A DNA stretch of 63,497 nt, counting the filler, from Octopus bimaculoides (lineage: Eukaryota), in NCBI RefSeq assembly GCF_001194135.2. It is 8 parts of 6 records of this genome, joined end to end, with 100 filler letters (N's around TTAATTAATTAA, not from the genome) between each part and the next. Parts side by side here need not be neighbours in the genome. Positions count along the whole stretch, not along the records: positions 20,241 to 35,960 come from NC_068986.1; 7 more parts are not named here. The stretch is one strand, 5' to 3'. Within the stretch, counting starts at the first letter, position 1. Each line of letters opens with the position of its first letter. Below, piece after piece: positions 20,500-33,305 of this stretch. A program made the translations under genes and the position numbers. The notes beneath the pieces are model-generated. The model had not been told where the DNA came from and searched no databases. It worked only from the letters and a program-made list of their open reading frames with translations.

Positions 20500-21500
20500 A
20501 AACGTAAACAAAATGAAATACGAAGGCAAATTTGGGTATGCGAACAACGAGTGAAACAAATGGAGAACAAGACGAATAACATAAAGAATGGCTCTTCATC
20601 AGTTGTCGGTTGTTCATCTACTCCACATTTCGAGCAATTAACGGCAACGTGAGGCTCCCGCGAACTAAAATAAAATTTGGGATTTGCGGAGGGTCAAAGC
20701 TGGTAACAATAACAGTGTTGGCACTCTGTCGGTTACGACGACGAGGGTTCCAGTTGATCCGATCAACGGAACAACCTGCTCGTGAAATTAACGTGCAAGT
20801 GGCTGAGCATCCACAGACACGCGTACCCTTAACGTAGTTCTCGGGGATATTCAGCGTGACACAGTGTGACAAGGCTGACCCTTTGAATTACAGGCACAAA
20901 AGAAACATGAAGTAAGAGTGAGAGAAAGCTGTGGTGAAAGAGTACAGCAGGGTTCACCAACATCCCCTGCCGGAGCCTTGTGGAGCTTTAGGTATTTTCG
21001 CTCAATAAACACTCACAATGCCCGGTCTGGGAATCGAAACCGCGATCCTATGCCCGCGAGTCCGCTGCCCTAATCACTGGGCCATTGCGCCTCCACAACA
21101 ATAACAGTACAGTGGATACATACAACAAACCAAAGGAAAAGAAACATGGAGGGCTGTTAGGAAAGTAGCGATCGCTGGCGGAATATTCTTTGACAAGAGA
21201 AAAGATACATATGGAGAAAGTTAAGAATGCGTAGGTCTCTGCGACAGACTGAAGGGAAAGGAAGATGATCTCGTGAGGAAAAGAAATATATATATACATA
21301 TATATAAGTTCAAAAAAGGAAAAAGACATAAAAGCAACAACAAAAGACAACAATGTGAAGACGTGATACAGATTGTGTTACTAGACGCTCGGGAAAGGAA
21401 ATAAATAGAATTTGACGTTTCGAGCGGAGCTCTTCGTCGGAAACAAAGAAAGTCCAAAGAAGGGAAAGACGGAGGAAGAATAAATCGCCAACGATATCCA
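20500..21500 (-). mobile_element. Probable Penelope-like terminal-repeat remnant with hammerhead-like cores, interrupted by a family C SINE
   Basis: Minus-strand CCGACGAAGAGCTCCGCTCGAAACGTC (21440-21414) and CTGATGAAGAGC (20602-20591). The 20510-20640 part is homologous to 56165-56300. Confidence 0.45.
20717..21096 (-). mobile_element. Full-length SINE family C (tRNA-derived) with a 12-bp target-site duplication
   Basis: Head gtggaggcgcaatggcccagtg (A box) and gtttcgattccc (B box). TSD aacaataacagt at 20705-20716 and 21097-21108. Homologous to 52562-52930. Confidence 0.92.
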
Positions 21501-22682
21501 CGAGGTTATATTGTGGAATGACTGGCCTTAGTTTTTAACGACTGTTGGCGGTTTCGTATCGCCTGTTAATCTGGTGATTGAAGAACGAAAGAATTGGTGT
21601 ACCTTGTTTATACAGTGTATAATTGGATCAAAAACCTGGCACTGTACAGATGACAGTCTTGCATGATCGTTCGCTGTGGTAAAGTTCTTCGAAATTTCTC
21701 AAGGTGTGGGTGGATTTCTCTATACCTTTTAGACCGAGCCTTGTTTTTTTCTTTTTTTTTTACTCTGAATTTTTATTGTGTTTTTATAACTGAACCATTC
21801 GGGGACTTGTATCAGTGAGATTTTGTAGTGTTTGTGTGGGCGTAGGCGTGGGTTGTAGAGTAAGAAGCCTAAAAGAATGACTACACTTACCAAATTAGCA
21901 TTGCTTGAGGGTCACAATGTAGCTGATGTGCAGATTTAATTGCAGCTGACACAAAATATCATAGTGGTTTCCCGCTATTACCATTGAGACCTCTTAATTT
22001 TGTAGTCGCCAGTGCTATTGTTAAGCAACTGGAAAAAAGCTAATAAATGTATACTTTGATAACAACAAACAAGACACTATATGAGACAGAACCGACAATC
22101 AGCGAAGAAAAATACCTCAAAGTGGTCATTGGTGGGTACTTTAGCAATGCAAATGTAAAATGTTTATGAGATAACATATAAGATGTATTCTTGATTAATT
22201 GAGATTATCCCCACTTCCAGAAAATATTCAACATTCCCTCGGATGCAGATGGGACAAACTTCGCTTGAGTGCAAATGGAACAAACTGCATACAAGAAAAG
22301 ACGACAATACCAAAAAGCAAGAATAGTCCTTATATATTAATTCTCTTTGTGTGTGTTATTCTCTTGTTTTTAATGTAGTTTAGCCACTAACCGCCCAACA
22401 TGGTCAAACTGACCAACAGTCAAAGGCAATCAATCGTGAGACACATGTTTCCTTTTTTTGATACCAAAATTCTTGCTATAATTGTTATCCAGTGGTTTTT
22501 TTTTTTCGTAAGGTTGTTGGATGTGATTTGTGGGACATTTGCTGCTGTTTCTAGTAGACTGAATGAATTACCAGCGTGGAGGGTGCCATGTTGGCTTTGG
22601 CTTAAGTACTCTTCTAGACTCATGCATTATGACATCATCGGTATCCGTCACTCCACCTGGAAGGTGTATGTGTCATTGAGCC

Positions 22683-22685
<3 letters not shown>

Positions 22686-22778
<93 letters not shown>

Positions 22779-22989
22779 ATACACACATACACACAAATAC
22801 GCGCACACAAATACGCACACATACACAAACAAGCACATTTCCACAGACGTATGTGTACCAACCTACAAATCTATCTAACTATCGTCTATTTGTGTGTGTA
22901 TATATATAAATTCATATATACACATGCATACATAATATTTAGAAATATATATCTCTATATCTGTATATATAAATATGTATATGTAGATG

Positions 22990-23074
<85 letters not shown>
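22686..23074. repeat. (CA)n and (CT)n microsatellites
   Basis: Long (CA)n near 22686-22780 and (CT)n near 22996-23074. Confidence 0.93.
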
Positions 23075-23078
<4 letters not shown>

Positions 23079-23404
23079 TTCTCTCTTTCTCTCTCTATAT
23101 ATATAATATATATTATATATACGTGTCAGGTGCAATAACGTATCCCAGGCAATTTTCCCGTTCACTGGTCAGTGTTACGTTACACCACCCGATTCCATAT
23201 CCTATCCACCCGGCTACCACCCCATCAAAAAAAAAAAACAACAACAAACTCCACCACCCACCGTTACTACAACTAAAACACATCATATCGTCTCCTCTAC
23301 AATTCTACTTAGTCACTCGCAGATCACTATTGTCTCTCTGTCTCTTCAATTTAACGTCTCTAAATGATCAATGTACTCGCCTATCTATTCGGGTATGTGC
23401 GTGT

Positions 23405-23449
<45 letters not shown>

Positions 23450-23605
23450 CGTGTCTGGGAAACTATACGATTGTGTGTAAATATGTAATTATTTTTTAGT
23501 TGACAGAACTGTAATCCATCTATTTCTGCATCTATCAGTATATCCATCAATTTATCCATCACTCCATCCACCCTTTCTATGTATGTATGTATGTATGTAT
23601 GTATG

Positions 23606-23646
<41 letters not shown>

Positions 23647-23648
23647 CT

Positions 23649-24076
23649 CCCTGGACTTATTCTTTGTCAGCCTAGTATCTATACTATCACTCATTTTTGC
23701 CGAACCGCTAAGTTATGGGCATAAATACACCAGCATCGGTTGTCAAGTGAGGGTGGGAGACAAATATAGACACACAAACATACATACATACAAGCATACA
23801 TACATATATATATNNNNNNNNNNNNNNNNNNNNNNNNNNNNNNNNNNNNNNNNNNNNNNNNNNNNNNNNNNNNNNNNNNNNNNNNNNNNNNNNNNNNNNN
23901 NNNNNNNNNNNNNNNNNNNNNNNNNNNNNNNNNNNNNNNNNNNNNNNNNNNNNNNNNNNNNNNNNNNNNNNNNNNNNNNNNNNNNNNNNNNNNNNNNNNN
24001 NNNNNNNNNNNNNNNNNNCTTGCCGAAGGTGCCATACAGTGGGACTGAACCCGAAACCACACAGCCACTGCTGCTA
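23649..24076 (-). mobile_element. SINE family A spanning a gap
   Basis: ggacttattctttgtcagcctag...gccgaaccgctaag...cagcatcggttgtcaag, gap, then cttgccgaaggtgccatacagtgggactgaacccg. Confidence 0.85.
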
Positions 24077-24127
24077 TATATATATAAGCTTACTTGGAAA
24101 TGGATGCGGCGCATTCAATGAAATGAA

Positions 24128-24194
<67 letters not shown>

Positions 24195-24308
24195 TATGTA
24201 TGTATGCGTGTGTGCGTGTATGTGTGTGTGCGTGTATGTGTGTGCGTGTATGTGTGTGTGTGCGTGTATGTGTGTGTGCGTGTATGTGTGTGTGCGTGTA
24301 CGTGTGTG
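24128..24308. repeat. (ATA)n followed by a GT-rich minisatellite
   Basis: (ATA)n run, then repeats of (gt)n-gcgtgtat. Confidence 0.9.
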
Positions 24309-24734
24309 TAGAGAGAGAGAACTAAGGACATGTGTATGCGTTTGTATAAACCCATGCACTCACACATATATCACTTTACTGTATATCATCGAGTGCTCTC
24401 TATCTATTACATAATGATATATCGATAGATTCAATGAGAAATACACAAGCACACAAACACACACACACACACACACACACCACATGTATACAAACGCATT
24501 CACACACAAACGTATCATCTGATATCGCCATCTTTCTACACCACTCTCTCCCCTTCTCCCCACTTCCATCCTTAACTGACAATTGATGTAGAAATTCGAG
24601 ATTGTTATTTTTTTTTATGTTGAAAATCTGCGCTCACCATTCCCAAAGGTTGTTAGAAATTTAGGGAGAAATGGCAACGCATGCGGTGCTGGGAACATTG
24701 CCGAAATACCGCGACTGCTGACTGATATTGAGCA

Positions 24735-24743
24735 AGTAGTAGT

Positions 24744-24827
<84 letters not shown>

Positions 24828-25118
24828 GGTGGTTTTGGCGGCGGCGGTGGTGGTGTTGTTCGTGAATGAGGACGTAATAAACGAACAACAGAAAACGAGG
24901 AAACGGAGGTCGGTAAATGGAAGGGAGGTCATTAAAAGAGCGAATGAAAGAAGAAATGTCGGAAGAGCAGAGTCTAGTGTTTATGATATTCTATGTGATC
25001 AGGAAGTGAATATTCGATCTCTGATGATGCATCAGCAAGCACTGAAACCAGTTACGTTGATTTGTTTGTTTACCGAAAAAATCCTTTGTGCGTGCCTGTT
25101 TGTGTCTCTCTGTGTATA

Positions 25119-25214
<96 letters not shown>

Positions 25215-25700
25215 TCTCTCCCTCTCCCTCTCTCTTTCTGTGCGAGTGTATGACTGTGTGTGCATACAGTGGTAGAACCTTTTCCATCTTTGCCGGAGAT
25301 GTGGGCTCAAATCTCATGAGCAGCTTTTTTTATAGACGATAAGTACACATACATGTAAACATATATAAATGCATACATGTAGACTTGCATACACACACAC
25401 ATACATACATACATATATATATACATACATACATACATACATACACACATACTACATACATGCATACATACATACCTTACATACATACATGCATCCATGC
25501 ATGCACACAGACTTACATTCATACCTACCTATCTACCTACCTACCTACCTACATACATACATACATACATACATACATACATACAAACATCCATACATGC
25601 AGCCATACATACATACAAACATCCATCCATCCATCCAAACATACATAAATACATACATACATACATACATACATACATACATACATACATAGATACATAC
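24735..25700. repeat. Simple-repeat cluster: (GTA/GCA/GGT)n, (CT)n and (ATAC)n
   Basis: Triplet run 24735-24830, (CT)n 25128-25210, (ATAC)n 25390-25700. Confidence 0.9.
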
Positions 25701-26311
25701 ATAAGAAGGAGTACTGTTGGAAAACCTTTATTAAGTGAAAACCTTAAAATGTAAATGAGGACCGGACATAATGATTTGCGATAGAGAAGAGAAATTGAGT
25801 ACATTTGCTCAGTGAATGTGAAAATAAGGCTAAAGAATCAGCGAGAAAGAAGGTACCTACTCTGTACTATTGAGAAATCTACAGTTACTCTACTTATTTT
25901 ACAAGTTCCGGTTTATATCTGTAATTATTGTGGGCATTGGGCTATGTAACGCACTAACTAAGCGCCAATCTTGACGAATTAGGCTTCTCAAAACCAGAAA
26001 TGAGAAAGCTGATTCGAAGACTAACAGATCCAAATCATTACTGCAACAGTAAAATTTTGTGAAACTTTCCAGAAGTTTCTCATTTAAGTATACATTCGCA
26101 TGTCTAGAATGCAACTAAATGCATGAGAACACATACATAAAGTATACATAACTGCACATGCACCGTCTCCAAACAGTGCGCGTATGCACACGTATATTCA
26201 AAAATATGCTGCTGATGTAGAAATTCCGGTGAAGGAGCTTCGGTTGAATCTAGAAACCAGCTCTTTATTGGCAAGAAATCTTGAAAAAAAGCTAAATAAT
26301 GATATACATGC

Positions 26312-26412
<101 letters not shown>

Positions 26413-26449
26413 CACTCCCACACTCCCACAGATACCCAGACATGCATAT

Positions 26450-26839
26450 AGGTGCTGGCGTGGCTTTGTGGTAAGAAGCATGCTTCTCACTCACATGGTT
26501 TTAGGTTCACTCCCACTGCGTGGTAACTTCGGCAAGTGTCTTCTATTGTAGTCTCGGTGCAACCAAAGCCTTGTGAGTGGATTTCGCAGACAAGAACTGA
26601 AAGAAGCCCGTCGTATGTGTGTGTGTGTATGTATGTGTGTGTGTGTGTGTTTTCCCTCCACCATTACATGACAACAATGTTGGTGTGTTTACATCCCCCA
26701 TAACTTAACGGTTCGGCAAAAGAGACCGGTAGAATAAGTACTAGGCTTACAAAGAACAAGTACTACAGTAGATTTGTTCGACTAAAGGCGGTGCTCTGGG
26801 CATGGCCGCAGTCAAATGATAGAAACAAGATTAAAGAAT
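26450..26839 (+). mobile_element. Full-length SINE family A
   Basis: aggtgctggcgtggctttgtggtaag...ggttcactcccactgcgtgg...gaaagaagcccgtcgta(TG)n...gactaaaggcggtgctctggcatggccgcagtcaaatga. Confidence 0.9.
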
Positions 26840-26860
26840 ATACACACACACACTCACATA

Positions 26861-26891
<31 letters not shown>

Positions 26892-26896
26892 CACTA

Positions 26897-27158
26897 GCAT
26901 TTGCCGAGCCGCTAACTTACGGGAACGTAAGCACAACACTCGTTGTCAAGCGGCGATGGAGGTCAAATAAAAAAAACACACACACACACACACACACACA
27001 TTATAAATAATCTTCTATCTAATATCCCGCCCTCATTCTTTAGTTGTTACCGTTTATTATTTCAATAGAAAGCCCTTGTCCAAGGTGCCACGCACTAGAA
27101 CCGAACGCAGAACCACGTGGCTGGAAAGCAAGCTTTGTACCACACAGCCACGTGTCCA
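26897..27158 (-). mobile_element. Fragmented SINE family A, inverted relative to the adjacent copy
   Basis: tttgccgagccgctaacttacgggaacgtaa...gttgtcaagcg, and head cttgtccaaggtgccacgc...gcaagctttgtaccacacagccacg. Confidence 0.75.
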
Positions 27159-27786
27159 AGCATGGCTTTTTTGCAATATGTAAATATACACTTTCACACA
27201 GTACGTAGAGTAAGATAGACGATTAACATCCGGATCAGTTTTATAATTGATAGCAATAGATCAACAATCCCATAGATAAGCAGCACAGAGACATTGATTG
27301 TGTACACGAAGGATTGTTTTGTTGTTTTTCCTCCGTTTCATACACCAGATTGATTGCAACGTAGTTCCCGTTGAATATATGTTTGACAATATATTATACA
27401 CTCTCGAATTTCTCACGATAAAAGTGGAGCATCAAGGAGTTCGAAAAATGTCTGCAAACCAGATATGAAGGACATAAGGTCTCTGGTCAATTCAAAATAT
27501 CTTCACCGAAGAAATTACACTGATGGATGGCCAGCATGGGAATCCCTTCCAGGAGCTTCCACTGTCAGGGCCACTGAGGCACACAAATCACCCCCAGCAT
27601 GCCTCATCACGAACTGATTTCGCTCAATAAGACAAGCTGTTGCAAAGCACGTCATTAATATAGACTGTACCGACTTGCCTTCCAGAAATCTCTATTGATA
27701 TCGAAGCTAATCCTATACATACATATATACATACATACATACATACATATATATATATAGAGAGAGAGAGAGGGGGAGAGAGAGGG

Positions 27787-27824
<38 letters not shown>

Positions 27825-28479
27825 NNNNNNNNNNNNNNNNNNNNNNNNNNNNNNNNNNNNNNNNNNNNNNNNNNNNNNNNNNNNNNNNNNNNNNNNNNNN
27901 NNNNNNNNNNNNNNNNNNNNNNNNNNNNNNNNNNNNNNNNNNNNNNNNNNNNNNNNNNNNNNNNNNNNNNNNNNNNNNNNNNNNNNNNNNNNNNNNNNNN
28001 NNNNNNNNNNNNNNNNNNNNNNNNNNNNNNNNNNNNNNNNNNNNNNNNNNNNNNNNNNNNNNNNNNNNNNNNNNNNNNNNNNNNNNNNNNNNNNNNNNNN
28101 NNNNNNNNNNNNNNNNNNNNNNNNNNNNNNNNNNNNNNNNNNNNNNNNNNNNNNNNNNNNNNNNNNNNNNNNNNNNNNNNNNNNNNNNNNNNNNNNNNNN
28201 NNNNNNNNNNNNNNNNNNNNNNNNNNNNNNNNNNNNNNNNNNNNNNNNNNNNNNNNNNNNNNNNNNNNNNNNNNNNNNNNNNNNNNNNNNNNNNNNNNNN
28301 NNNNNNNNNNNNNNNNNNNNNNNNNNNNNNNNNNNNNNNNNNNNNNNNNNNNNNNNNNNNNNNNNNNNNNNNNNNNNNNNNNNNNNNNNNNNNNNNNNNN
28401 NNNNNNNNNNNNNNNNNNNNNNNNNNNNNNNNNNNNNNNNNNNNNNNNNNNNNNNNNNNNNNNNNNNNNNNNNNNNNNN

Positions 28480-28510
<31 letters not shown>

Positions 28511-29539
28511 ATTATTATTATTGTGTCTGATGAGAGACATTCTCCATTAGTGCTTTATTTATTACTTAACACACTCACCGGCTCGATTTCCACTCATTTA
28601 GTTTTTTTTTCTTCTTTCTCTAATATTTTCGTTGCGTCTTGCAGCCTTTTCAATAGTAGTTGGCTACATGCGCGCGTCGTTTATGTATGGATGTGTGTCT
28701 CCATATGTCCTTGTATGTATGTGTTTGTGCGTGTGAAGTGTGCGTGTGTGTATATGGTCATATGTTTCAGTCTTCATTTGTGTATATATGTGTGTGTACT
28801 TGTTTGTCCGTATTACCTTTGTACCTACATACCTATCTATCTATCTATCTATCTATCTGTTTACTTATATATCNNNNNNNNNNATATATATATATATATA
28901 TATATATACATACATAGGTGATACAAACATTAAAGGATCTAGAGGAACACCCTCCAGCATTCCTTCCGTTTCTGTTGAAATTTCACCGAGGTCATTTTTT
29001 TTCTTTCAAACAATCTGGGTCGATAAATAATCGCGTGTGTTGGGTCGGTTCTGTTCTTTGATTCTCTTTCTTGTCTCCACCTCTCTCTCCTTCCCTCCCT
29101 CATGTTATTATTCTGTCGTTTTTCATGTTCTGTTATTCTGTTCTGTAATTATTATTTTATGTACTTGTCTTGAAACTAAAGCAACTACAACGTAGAACAT
29201 ACATTGCGGGGAAACTGTGTCAGTGACCAGGTTGCAGTTAATGCGACGAGAGTTTTGACGCCAAATCATATCTGTTTAATTCAAGTTAACAGCTTTCTCT
29301 ATTTTTGTATGGTTGGCATGTGTCTTCCACGCTATTATTGATTTCTATTACTCTATTAATATTCAAACTTAGCATTTTAAATCGATTATAATGTAATTTA
29401 TCGTCTAATCTTATTTTTCTTTGTATCAGCGAGGAAGACTGGTGTGCTGCAAAGCCGTCTAGAGGAAGATCCCGAAGCGATGCACCTTCTCTCTTGTTGA
29501 CTCATGATAAGTAGTGGCGTCTGGTATATTTTATCTTAT

Positions 29540-30146
29540 ATTTCACTTGTCTCAGTCTGTGGCCATGCTGGGGCGCTGCCTTGAATGTTTTAGTCGAACA
29601 AATCGACCTCATTGCTTATTTTCGACACTCGAAACTGAAAGGACCCAAAATTAGTCTTGTGGAATCCTTTACATGGTGACCTAAGAAGAGGAAAATGTCG
29701 TCACTCTTACATCGATAACTTGATTGCAGACACTGGCCTGGAATGTATCCGGGACCTCGAGTCAGTGATATTGAACTGAGAATTGTTTGGGGGGCACTTT
29801 GTTGCTGCGGTCCGGGTTGGAACCCCGCCATGATAATATTGCTTAGTTTTTAAAGCCTGGTAGTAATTTTATCAAATTGTTTCATTGATATAAGTTATAA
29901 GATATAGTCAAACGAAAACAAGTTGTCAAGTAGTGGTGGGGGAGAAACACAAAGATACCGACATACAGGCATACACACACTTACAAACACACAAGCACAC
30001 ACAGATGTACGTATACGTCGGGTTTCTTTCAGTTTCCGACTATAAAATCCACTTACATAGCGTTGGGTGTTTCGGGGCTATAGTAGAAAATACTTACTGG
30101 TAGGATTGGGATTGAACCCAAAACTACGTGGTTTCAAAGTGAACAA
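29540..30146 (-). mobile_element. Old SINE family A interrupted by an RTE fragment
   Basis: Tail ggccatgctggggcgctgccttgaa...aaatcgacc at 29560-29615. Body resumes near 29850 (ttgtcaag...gggtttctttcagtttccgac...ggggctatagtagaa...attgaaccc). Confidence 0.7.
29640..29835 (+). mobile_element. RTE-clade LINE C-terminal fragment
   Basis: Translates KLVLWNPLHGDLRRGKCRHSYIDNLIADTGLE, resembling the RTE C-terminal LW.P.HG.R.RGR...YID.L..DTGL motif. Confidence 0.65.
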
Positions 30147-30149
30147 GCA

Positions 30150-30411
30150 CTTGCAAGATGTTTGTAGATCTCGATTTTGTGATTTCAGTTTGTAGATCTT
30201 TATAGTGAGAAAGCTTTTCGTATTTCTTTCTTGTGATATTTTGATCTTCTTGTGGGACAGACATATCTATTAACAGACAAGTTCCTCTGTTGTAGTCCTT
30301 GATCACAATGTCTGGTTGACTGGAGTCAATTTTTCTGTCTGTATCGGGAATTTTCAAAGGATGGTGACGCCCTTGCCATTTGCTACATCCTCTGGATGGT
30401 GCCTGTACCAC
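30150..30411 (-). mobile_element. Restriction-like-endonuclease LINE fragment (R4/Dong-type)
   Basis: TDRKIDSSQPDIVIKDYNRGTCLLIDMSVP..QNITRKKYEKLSHYKDLQTEI matches the PD..D..K..KY RLE motif series. Confidence 0.85.
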
Positions 30412-30609
30412 TTATCACAAGATTTAATTTTGTAGTGTTTACAAGCTTTCCAGTGGATGTAGTGCCCTAGACTATCATATTTTATGAGGTACTCCTTTTC
30501 AGCGAGGACTGGGCATCAGAAACAACGCGATCAATTGTCCCTGTGAATTTTCCGCAAATTCTGCGCGAGGGGTCAGATTTCTCTTTAAAGACGCTTCATG
30601 GTAGTTGCC

Positions 30610-30725
30610 GTGGTCAATAAATTAAGTACCAGTTGCGTACTGCGGTCAATCTAATTGACTGGCCTCCCTCACTCAAAATTTCACACTTTGTGCCTCCAGT
30701 AGAAAGGATTATTATTATTATTATA

Positions 30726-30796
<71 letters not shown>

Positions 30797-30821
30797 CATT
30801 ATTATTTAGGCGGTTAGCTGG
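30610..30821 (+). mobile_element. SINE family B 3' part with an expanded (ATT)n tail, then the start of a new family B head
   Basis: gtcaataaattaagtaccagttgcgtactg...gtgcctccagtagaaagg(ATT)n, then aggcggttagctgg before the gap. Confidence 0.85.
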
Positions 30822-31556
30822 NNNNNNNNNNNNNNNNNNNNNNNNNNNNNNNNNNNNNNNNNNNNNNNNNNNNNNNNNNNNNNNNNNNNNNNNNNNNNNN
30901 NNNNNNNNNNNNNNNNNNNNNNNNNNNNNNNNNNNNNNNNNNNNNNNNNNNNNNNNNNNNNNNNNNNNNNNNNNNNNNNNNNNNNNNNNNNNNNNNNNNN
31001 NNNNNNNNNNNNNNNNNNNNNNNNNNNNNNNNNNNNNNNNNNNNNNNNNNNNNNNNNNNNNNNNNNNNNNNNNNNNNNNNNNNNNNNNNNNNNNNNNNNN
31101 NNNNNNNNNNNNNNNNNNNNNNNNNNNNNNNNNNNNNNNNNNNNNNNNNNNNNNNNNNNNNNNNNNNNNNNNNNNNNNNNNNNNNNNNNNNNNNNNNNNN
31201 NNNNNNNNNNNNNNNNNNNNNNNNNNNNNNNNNNNNNNNNNNNNNNNNNNNNNNNNNNNNNNNNNNNNNNNNNNNNNNNNNNNNNNNNNNNNNNNNNNNN
31301 NNNNNNNNNNNNNNNNNNNNNNNNNNNTGAGAGTGAGAGAGAGAGAGCCAGCTGTGTCAATAAAAAGGTAATCTGATCACCCAGAACATCTTTAGTTTGC
31401 TTCTACTTCCTTACTAAAATCTTCAACAACTCCATCCTTAACAGAAACAACAATCCGCCGCTTCCTTCTCCCCGAACTTTCTCATTCTAATAATCATCAG
31501 ACTTATCGTCCCAATTCTTCAAATGCGTACACACACACACACACACATACACACAC

Positions 31557-31592
<36 letters not shown>

Positions 31593-32336
31593 GTGCACAT
31601 ACACGCACACAAATAATATACGTGCATATACTTATACGTATAAGCGCACATACATATGCATATACGTGAACACGCTCACACACACACATATATACATATT
31701 CGAGCACATATACACATACATATGTATATATTCTTATATACCTACATATATGCAATCGCACATAGGCGCACGTACATACGCAAATACAAGCAGTGAAACC
31801 TAAACATAAAACGGACTCTCAAACAGACACACATGCAAACAAATACTCACAGACATCCACATATAAACAACAGACTAATTTATATACAGATGTACTTACA
31901 TACATAAGTATACAAACACACACATGCATACACACATGACAATCTTACTCATACATCCATGAACCAGCCTCATATAGTGAAATGTACAGCATACACACAT
32001 TAACAGATAAACACAGATAAATACAGACACAGAAGCACATACATTTCATATAAACAATCGCATACACACACATACACACACATACACACATACACATGCA
32101 CACGTATTAATAGATAAATACAGATACAGATAGATACGCAAGCACATACACATCGTATAAACAATCATGTGCGCACATATTTACACACATACCCGACTAA
32201 TCAGTTAACCTTTCACGCATTCAGATCATGCCACCTACCCGTTTCTCGCGGTTTCCAGGAATATTTTATTCGCTTTGCCATTGTCGTCCTCAACATCATC
32301 TCTGTCCTCCCCTTCCTCCTTCTCTTCCTCCTCCTC

Positions 32337-32360
32337 CTCCTCATCATCATCATCAGCATT

Positions 32361-32391
<31 letters not shown>

Positions 32392-32888
32392 ACGCCAGCT
32401 CTACTGCCGCCATCGTCGTCATCGTCATCGCCATCATCATCACCATCATCATCATCATCATCATCACCATCATCATCACCATCATCACCATCATCATCAT
32501 CGTCATCATCACCATCGTCATCATCATCATCATCATCATCACCATCACCATCACCATCATCACCATCATCATCATCGTGATCATCATCGTCGTCATCATC
32601 ATCATCATCATCATCATCATCACCACCATCATCACCATCATCACCATCATCATCATCGTCATCATCATCATCGTCATCATCATCATCATCATCATCATCA
32701 TCACCATCACCATCATCACCATCATCATCATCGTGATCATCATCATCGTCATCATCATCATCATCGTCATCATCATCGTCATCATCATCATCATCATCAT
32801 CATCGTCATCATCATCATCGTCATCATCATCATCATCATCATCATCATCGTCATCATCATCATCGTCATCATCATCATCATCATCATC
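32337..32888. repeat. Long (CAT)n array with CAC/CGT variants
   Basis: About 550 bp; the marker variant cgtgat occurs at 32576 and 32732. Confidence 0.95.
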
Positions 32889-33082
32889 AATACAAAAATT
32901 TATAAAGTGTAGGTGAGTCACTAAACATTTGTTTTAAATATTATAAGACAATAATATATAAGTGGTCAATCTCTTAAAATATCAATGAAACTGTTGAAAA
33001 CGGATGCAATGGACAACATCACCACAACCACCATCACAAACAACAACAACACATACTAAAAGAAATATATATAAAATAAAAC

Positions 33083-33305
33083 AATGAGCTAGCACAATTG
33101 TTAGCACATCGGACAATATGCTTAGCATTTCGTCCGTCTTTACTGCCCGAGTTCCAATACCACCAATGTCAACCATGTCTTTCATTATTTCAGTGTCGAA
33201 ACAATAAGAACTGGTCAAGTATTGAGGTTGGTAAAATCGATTTTTCCCTCCCCTCGGACCCTTTTGTTTCTGTGCCAAAATTTGAAACCAATAATTACAA
33301 CTACT
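33083..33305 (+). mobile_element. SINE family B, degraded full length
   Basis: gagctagcacaattgttagcacatcggacaatatgcttagcatttcgtccgtcttt...gagttccaat...gtgccaaaatttgaaacc. Confidence 0.75.

Noticed and set aside
21020-21096. tRNA gene (also the heads at 19520-19606, 26450-26530, 46780-46855 and 52562-52630)
   Set aside because: A/B boxes are present, but each continues into a multi-copy SINE body and lacks a closing acceptor stem.
27350-27710. Acceptor at 27349 and a complex downstream stretch
   Set aside because: No matching donor and early stops; unassignable.
29430-29520. Possible terminal exon after tttttctttgtatcag
   Set aside because: All frames stop within 30 codons and none has recognisable homology.
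32169-32921. 225-247 aa poly-His, poly-Ile, poly-Met and poly-Asp ORFs
   Set aside because: A (CAT)n array is automatically open in five frames, and the flanks are non-coding.
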